Shown one piece after another: positions 60,667 to 64,000 of a stretch of DNA of 64,000 bases. The notes below the pieces were generated by a model. The model had not been told where the DNA came from. It was given only the letters and a program-made list of their open reading frames with translations, and made no database searches. Position 1 is the stretch's first letter. The number at the start of each line of letters is the position of its first letter. The stretch comes from Ferrovibrio sp. Its GTDB lineage: Bacteria; Pseudomonadota; Alphaproteobacteria; Ferrovibrionales; Ferrovibrionaceae. A program made the position numbers and the translations under genes. The stretch covers positions 2,494 to 66,493 of the forward strand of contig NZ_JAHBYG010000019.1 of NCBI RefSeq assembly GCF_019636075.1. The letters are read 5' to 3'.

Positions 60667-61494
60667 TCACGCAGCGTCGTGGAATATCAGGCCCAATGTG
60701 CGGCGATGGCCGCGATGCAGCTTGCTCACGCCATGGCGCAGCGCCGCGAAACTTCCGGCCCGCCCTTCGCTGAGCGAAAGCGGCCGGCGATCCACCGCGA
60801 AAATCAGCGCCTGGCCTTGCTGCAATGCAATAACGCTGGCTTTGCTCTGCATCCGCGGGCGATTTTCCACCAGCACGAATTCGCCACCCTCGAAATCCAC
60901 ACCGGGATGATCGAGCAGCAATACCGCCTGCAGCGGAAACGCCATGGCGCCGTAGAGATCGCGATGCAGTCTATTGTAATCGCCGGCTTCGTAGCGCAGC
61001 AGCAAAGGCGTCGGCCGGGTCTGCCCGGCGGCATGGCATTGCGCGAGATAATCCTCTAGTTCGGACGGATAGGCCGCCCCGGTCCATAGCCGGGCCAACG
61101 GCGCCAGGCCGCGATAGAATCCCGCGCGCAGGGCCTGCACCAGCGGCGGCAGCGGATAGTCGAAATACTTGTAGCGTCCGCGCCCGAAGCCATGGCGCGC
61201 CATGTCGATCTCGCTGCGGAATGCCGCGCCGCCCTCGAACAGCCCGGCCAGCGCGGCACAGGCTTCCGGCGCAAGCAGCGGCGGCGTCGATGCATGGCCT
61301 TGTTCGCGCAGCGCGGCATGCAGCGCCGGCCAATCCAGCTGCGCCCCGGGCAGGCCCGCCTCATCAAGCTGCGTCCCTGGCTGCTGCGTCCCGGGCTGCT
61401 GCGTCCCGGGCTGCTGCGTCCCGGGCTGCTGCGTCCCTGGCAGCCTCCTGCCGTCTAAGTTGGCAAGATCCATATCGGCGGCGGATTTCATCAT
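60667..61494 (-). CDS. 2OG-Fe(II) oxygenase (DUF2086-like)
   Basis: RPTPLLLRY, LHRDLYG (HxD), GGEFVLVE.RPRMQS, RHGVS, LGLIFHDA; N-terminal QQPGT x5. Confidence 0.9.
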   Translation of the reverse strand: MMKSAADMDLANLDGRRLPGTQQPGTQQPGTQQPGTQQPGTQLDEAGLPGAQLDWPALHAALREQGHASTPPLLAPEACAALAGLFEGGAAFRSEIDMARHGFGRGRYKYFDYPLPPLVQALRAGFYRGLAPLARLWTGAAYPSELEDYLAQCHAAGQTRPTPLLLRYEAGDYNRLHRDLYGAMAFPLQAVLLLDHPGVDFEGGEFVLVENRPRMQSKASVIALQQGQALIFAVDRRPLSLSEGRAGSFAALRHGVSKLHRGHRRTLGLIFHDAA

Positions 61495-61715
61495 GCCGCC
61501 AGACTAGGGCCAGACCCGCCGCCGCGCAGCCGCCGCCAATATCCGCTTCTTGCGCAGCCATTCGGAAACAATCTTCCGGTGTGCCATCAAAGGCGAACTA
61601 TCCTGGCAATTGCATTTTTACCTTGACATGTTCTCTAATTGATCACATCTTATTACGAGCAATGACGCAGTTCTATGCGCGCATAATATAAAGTTTCGCA
61701 ACAGGGCCTTAATTC

Positions 61716-62456
61716 ATGCCGATTGACCCAACAAACCAATCCCCTGTTAAGCCTCCCGTTAGGCCCCCAGGCTATTTGCGCCGTTTGTGGCAAGCCCTAG
61801 GCCGCCACCGCGCCGGCCGCCTGCTGCGGCTGGCGATCATCGCCGTGACTGGCTGGGTAGCGGTGGAGGCGACGTCTGGCGTAAGTCGTGCTGGATACAA
61901 GGCATTGTTCATTGGCGATACCGAATTAGCCGTGTCATATGCGATTGAATATGCATTCGGTTTTCGTGTGCAAACGGATCGCGATGTTGCAGCGTGGTCA
62001 ACAGCGCCAGCTTATCCATTGCCGCCGGTCTGCCTTAGCGACCCACAGTATAGCAGCAATGGCCCCATGTATTTCCGGCTCGACGCTTGTTTGGGCGACA
62101 CAAACAATCCTGATCCGATCTTTCGAGAGCGCTGCAGATTCGGCGTGGCCTGGATATCTGGCTGTGGGTATCGAAGATATCACATGCATGTTTTGGAACA
62201 TCGGGAAAGCTTTGAACGGCTGGTATCCGCGATCAAGAATCCATGCCGCTATTTACCGTCGCCGGAAACAATTGATAGCGCCACGAATACCAGCGAGCCC
62301 AATGAAAAAGATCTGAAAATTGCATGGCGTGGCGCCGGCTGCGCCGGCAGTAAGCACACTACTCTTTTTTGGACTCAGCTGGAATTTGTAGATGTGAATG
62401 CAGAACCCAATTCTCCCAAGCGCAAGATCATCATGATGATCCCGACTGGAGAATGA
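61716..62456 (+). CDS. Membrane-anchored Cys-rich hypothetical protein (immunity-like candidate)
   Basis: One TM (IIAVTGWVAV), then a Cys-rich domain; low GC. Confidence 0.7.
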   Translation: MPIDPTNQSPVKPPVRPPGYLRRLWQALGRHRAGRLLRLAIIAVTGWVAVEATSGVSRAGYKALFIGDTELAVSYAIEYAFGFRVQTDRDVAAWSTAPAYPLPPVCLSDPQYSSNGPMYFRLDACLGDTNNPDPIFRERCRFGVAWISGCGYRRYHMHVLEHRESFERLVSAIKNPCRYLPSPETIDSATNTSEPNEKDLKIAWRGAGCAGSKHTTLFWTQLEFVDVNAEPNSPKRKIIMMIPTGE

Positions 62457-62484
62457 TCAAGCTTCATAACAAAAAGGTAATTTT

Positions 62485-63129
62485 ATGCGACTCACTTCTT
62501 CAACCTCCACAACGCGAAAAACAAAAGGCCTCTTTCACCGAGGCGCCAAATATGCGGTAGTGGGAATGTTGGGTTGGTTGGCCGTGGGAATTGTTTTCTC
62601 AGGTTATACGGTCTTTCTCATGCAGAGAAACGGCCCCTCCAAATATCAAATCTCCGAATCATTGGCGCTGGCCGTTCATTTATCCGCAGGGTTTCTTCTA
62701 ATTCGAGGCGAAGAAGAAGAAATTACGCTGGCATTTGAAGAGCGCGATCAGCATGTCATTTGTGATGGTGTAATTCAGAAAAAAAGCGTTTGCCTTTTGC
62801 TTCCACTCAACGAGCAATACGATTCCGATTGCGGTATGTTCTCAAAAAAAAATTGGCCGGACGACTGCATTCACCTACCTGCATCCGACATATATCTGAC
62901 CGATCCGGTTGCGAGAGGTAAAATCTGGGAAGCCCTGTTAAGGCCTTGCGCCGTTCTGGCAAATGCCGAGGCGTCGGATGCCGCTTCGCGTGACTATATC
63001 GCGCGGCATATGCGACAGCTTGCTTGCGAAGACAAAAAACTCAAGCACCCTCTGTACGGATTGGTGACGTTCGGCGGCACCAACAAGGCGAGCCCACACA
63101 ATATCCACTATTTTTTCGAAACCCAATAA
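62485..63129 (+). CDS. Membrane-anchored Cys-rich hypothetical protein, possible distant paralogue of the previous gene
   Basis: TM (VVGMLGWLAV), SGY, AL..PC..L and a late Cys in a similar layout. Confidence 0.7.
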   Translation: MRLTSSTSTTRKTKGLFHRGAKYAVVGMLGWLAVGIVFSGYTVFLMQRNGPSKYQISESLALAVHLSAGFLLIRGEEEEITLAFEERDQHVICDGVIQKKSVCLLLPLNEQYDSDCGMFSKKNWPDDCIHLPASDIYLTDPVARGKIWEALLRPCAVLANAEASDAASRDYIARHMRQLACEDKKLKHPLYGLVTFGGTNKASPHNIHYFFETQ

Positions 63130-63170
63130 TGCACGCGACTTGAAACGCAAACTGTAGCCAGGAGAAAAAG

Positions 63171-64000
63171 ATGGATAAGTTCGATTATAAGAAGCTGCTC
63201 AGAAATCCCGCTGCCTATGTGGAAGATTCTGTCTCTCCATTAGTAAACGTAGAATCAGCAAAAAGAGCAGCATTTGCGGAAAGCCACGTGCTGGAAAATC
63301 CCATGAATAAAAATCCGGCGGATGAAAGAACCGCGCGCCAACAGCATGCCCGCAATCTCAATGGCGGCCCAGCAGATGCATATCGGCACATGATTATCTC
63401 TGCTGAGTTAACGAGGCGTTTTGGCCCCGCCGCTGGGCGCGCAATGTCGGAAGCACACGAGTTACGCAATCTCGGCGATAGCTATTTTGGTCCCAATGCA
63501 AAACATGAAAAAGCGCTCACCGAAATGGACCGACATAACAATGCCATTGGCGCTGAAATCGGTACAAAAGCTCAAACCTGGGAAGACGTAGTGCGCATGG
63601 CACGCGAGAAAATTGCTGAATCAGCGAAAACAGATGGAGATGGTCAAGAAGGCAGAGCTAGCTGGATCAATAAAACCGGCCAATCTTTTGAACCCAAGTG
63701 GAAAACGGATGAAATCCGTAATTACGATCTGGGTAGCGAGAAAGAAAAGTATGGCAGTACCTTTGAACGGCTTAAGGCGCAGACTGCGCGCGATCTCGAT
63801 ACCGTCGGCAGCATGGAATACGAGGGTTTTCACAGCGCATTTGATTTGGAACAAAAGCAGCCCGTACCGGATGCTGCGAAGAATGCCGGGCGCGAAGCCG
63901 GGCCGGATCAACGCAGCGATGCCGGCGATGCTTCACAGCAGCAGCAATTCGCCGCCGCCAATGCTGACACCGGCATCGACACTGGCGGCATCGACACAGG
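63171..64000 (+). CDS. N-terminus of a large protein with a DUF6973-like toxin-type domain, runs off right edge
   Basis: Hand translation, open to the edge, with an AGGAG RBS: ADAYRHMIISAELTRRFG..EAHE..MDRHNNAIGAEIG, then a low-complexity linker. Confidence 0.8.
   Translation, partial: MDKFDYKKLLRNPAAYVEDSVSPLVNVESAKRAAFAESHVLENPMNKNPADERTARQQHARNLNGGPADAYRHMIISAELTRRFGPAAGRAMSEAHELRNLGDSYFGPNAKHEKALTEMDRHNNAIGAEIGTKAQTWEDVVRMAREKIAESAKTDGDGQEGRASWINKTGQSFEPKWKTDEIRNYDLGSEKEKYGSTFERLKAQTARDLDTVGSMEYEGFHSAFDLEQKQPVPDAAKNAGREAGPDQRSDAGDASQQQQFAAANADTGIDTGGIDT

Noticed and set aside
60667-61494. 2OG oxygenase as the prolyl hydroxylase for the collagen fibre
   Set aside because: 40 kb away, a widespread family, and bacterial or phage collagens generally do not need hydroxyproline

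Overview
High-GC alphaproteobacterial chromosome, Rhodospirillales-like by gene content. Most of the window is core metabolism: fabI, aroC, pssA/psd, an Atm1-like ABC exporter, pyrD, a DinG-family helicase, rplU-rpmA-obgE-proB-proA-nadD, infC, thrS and LPS glycosyltransferases. The standout is an apparently intact ~13.7 kb T7/BPP-1-type podovirus structural operon (15688-29353, minus strand) encoding portal, scaffold, capsid, tail tubular A and B, a collagen-like fibre, terminase, a cell-wall hydrolase and a holin. I see no integrase, att site, replication genes or large DNA-ejection proteins. The operon looks compositionally like the host and runs straight into DUF952-2H-pyrD. It is preceded by a near-consensus sigma70 promoter with an alphaproteobacterial LexA-like box at the start site. 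Divergent from it is a cI-like repressor whose S24 self-cleavage residues appear lost. Together this suggests a domesticated, host-controlled particle system, such as a candidate podovirus-type gene transfer agent (inference). A second candidate is an NYN RNase with a structured, terminator-like leader RNA and an unannotated Phd-like partner. Also present are an mmgR/suhB-type sRNA, three type II TA pairs, an IetAS defence pair, a REP doublet, many short tandem duplications at gene boundaries, and the start of a probable polymorphic toxin locus at the right edge. All family calls are from motif recognition by eye; no searches were run.
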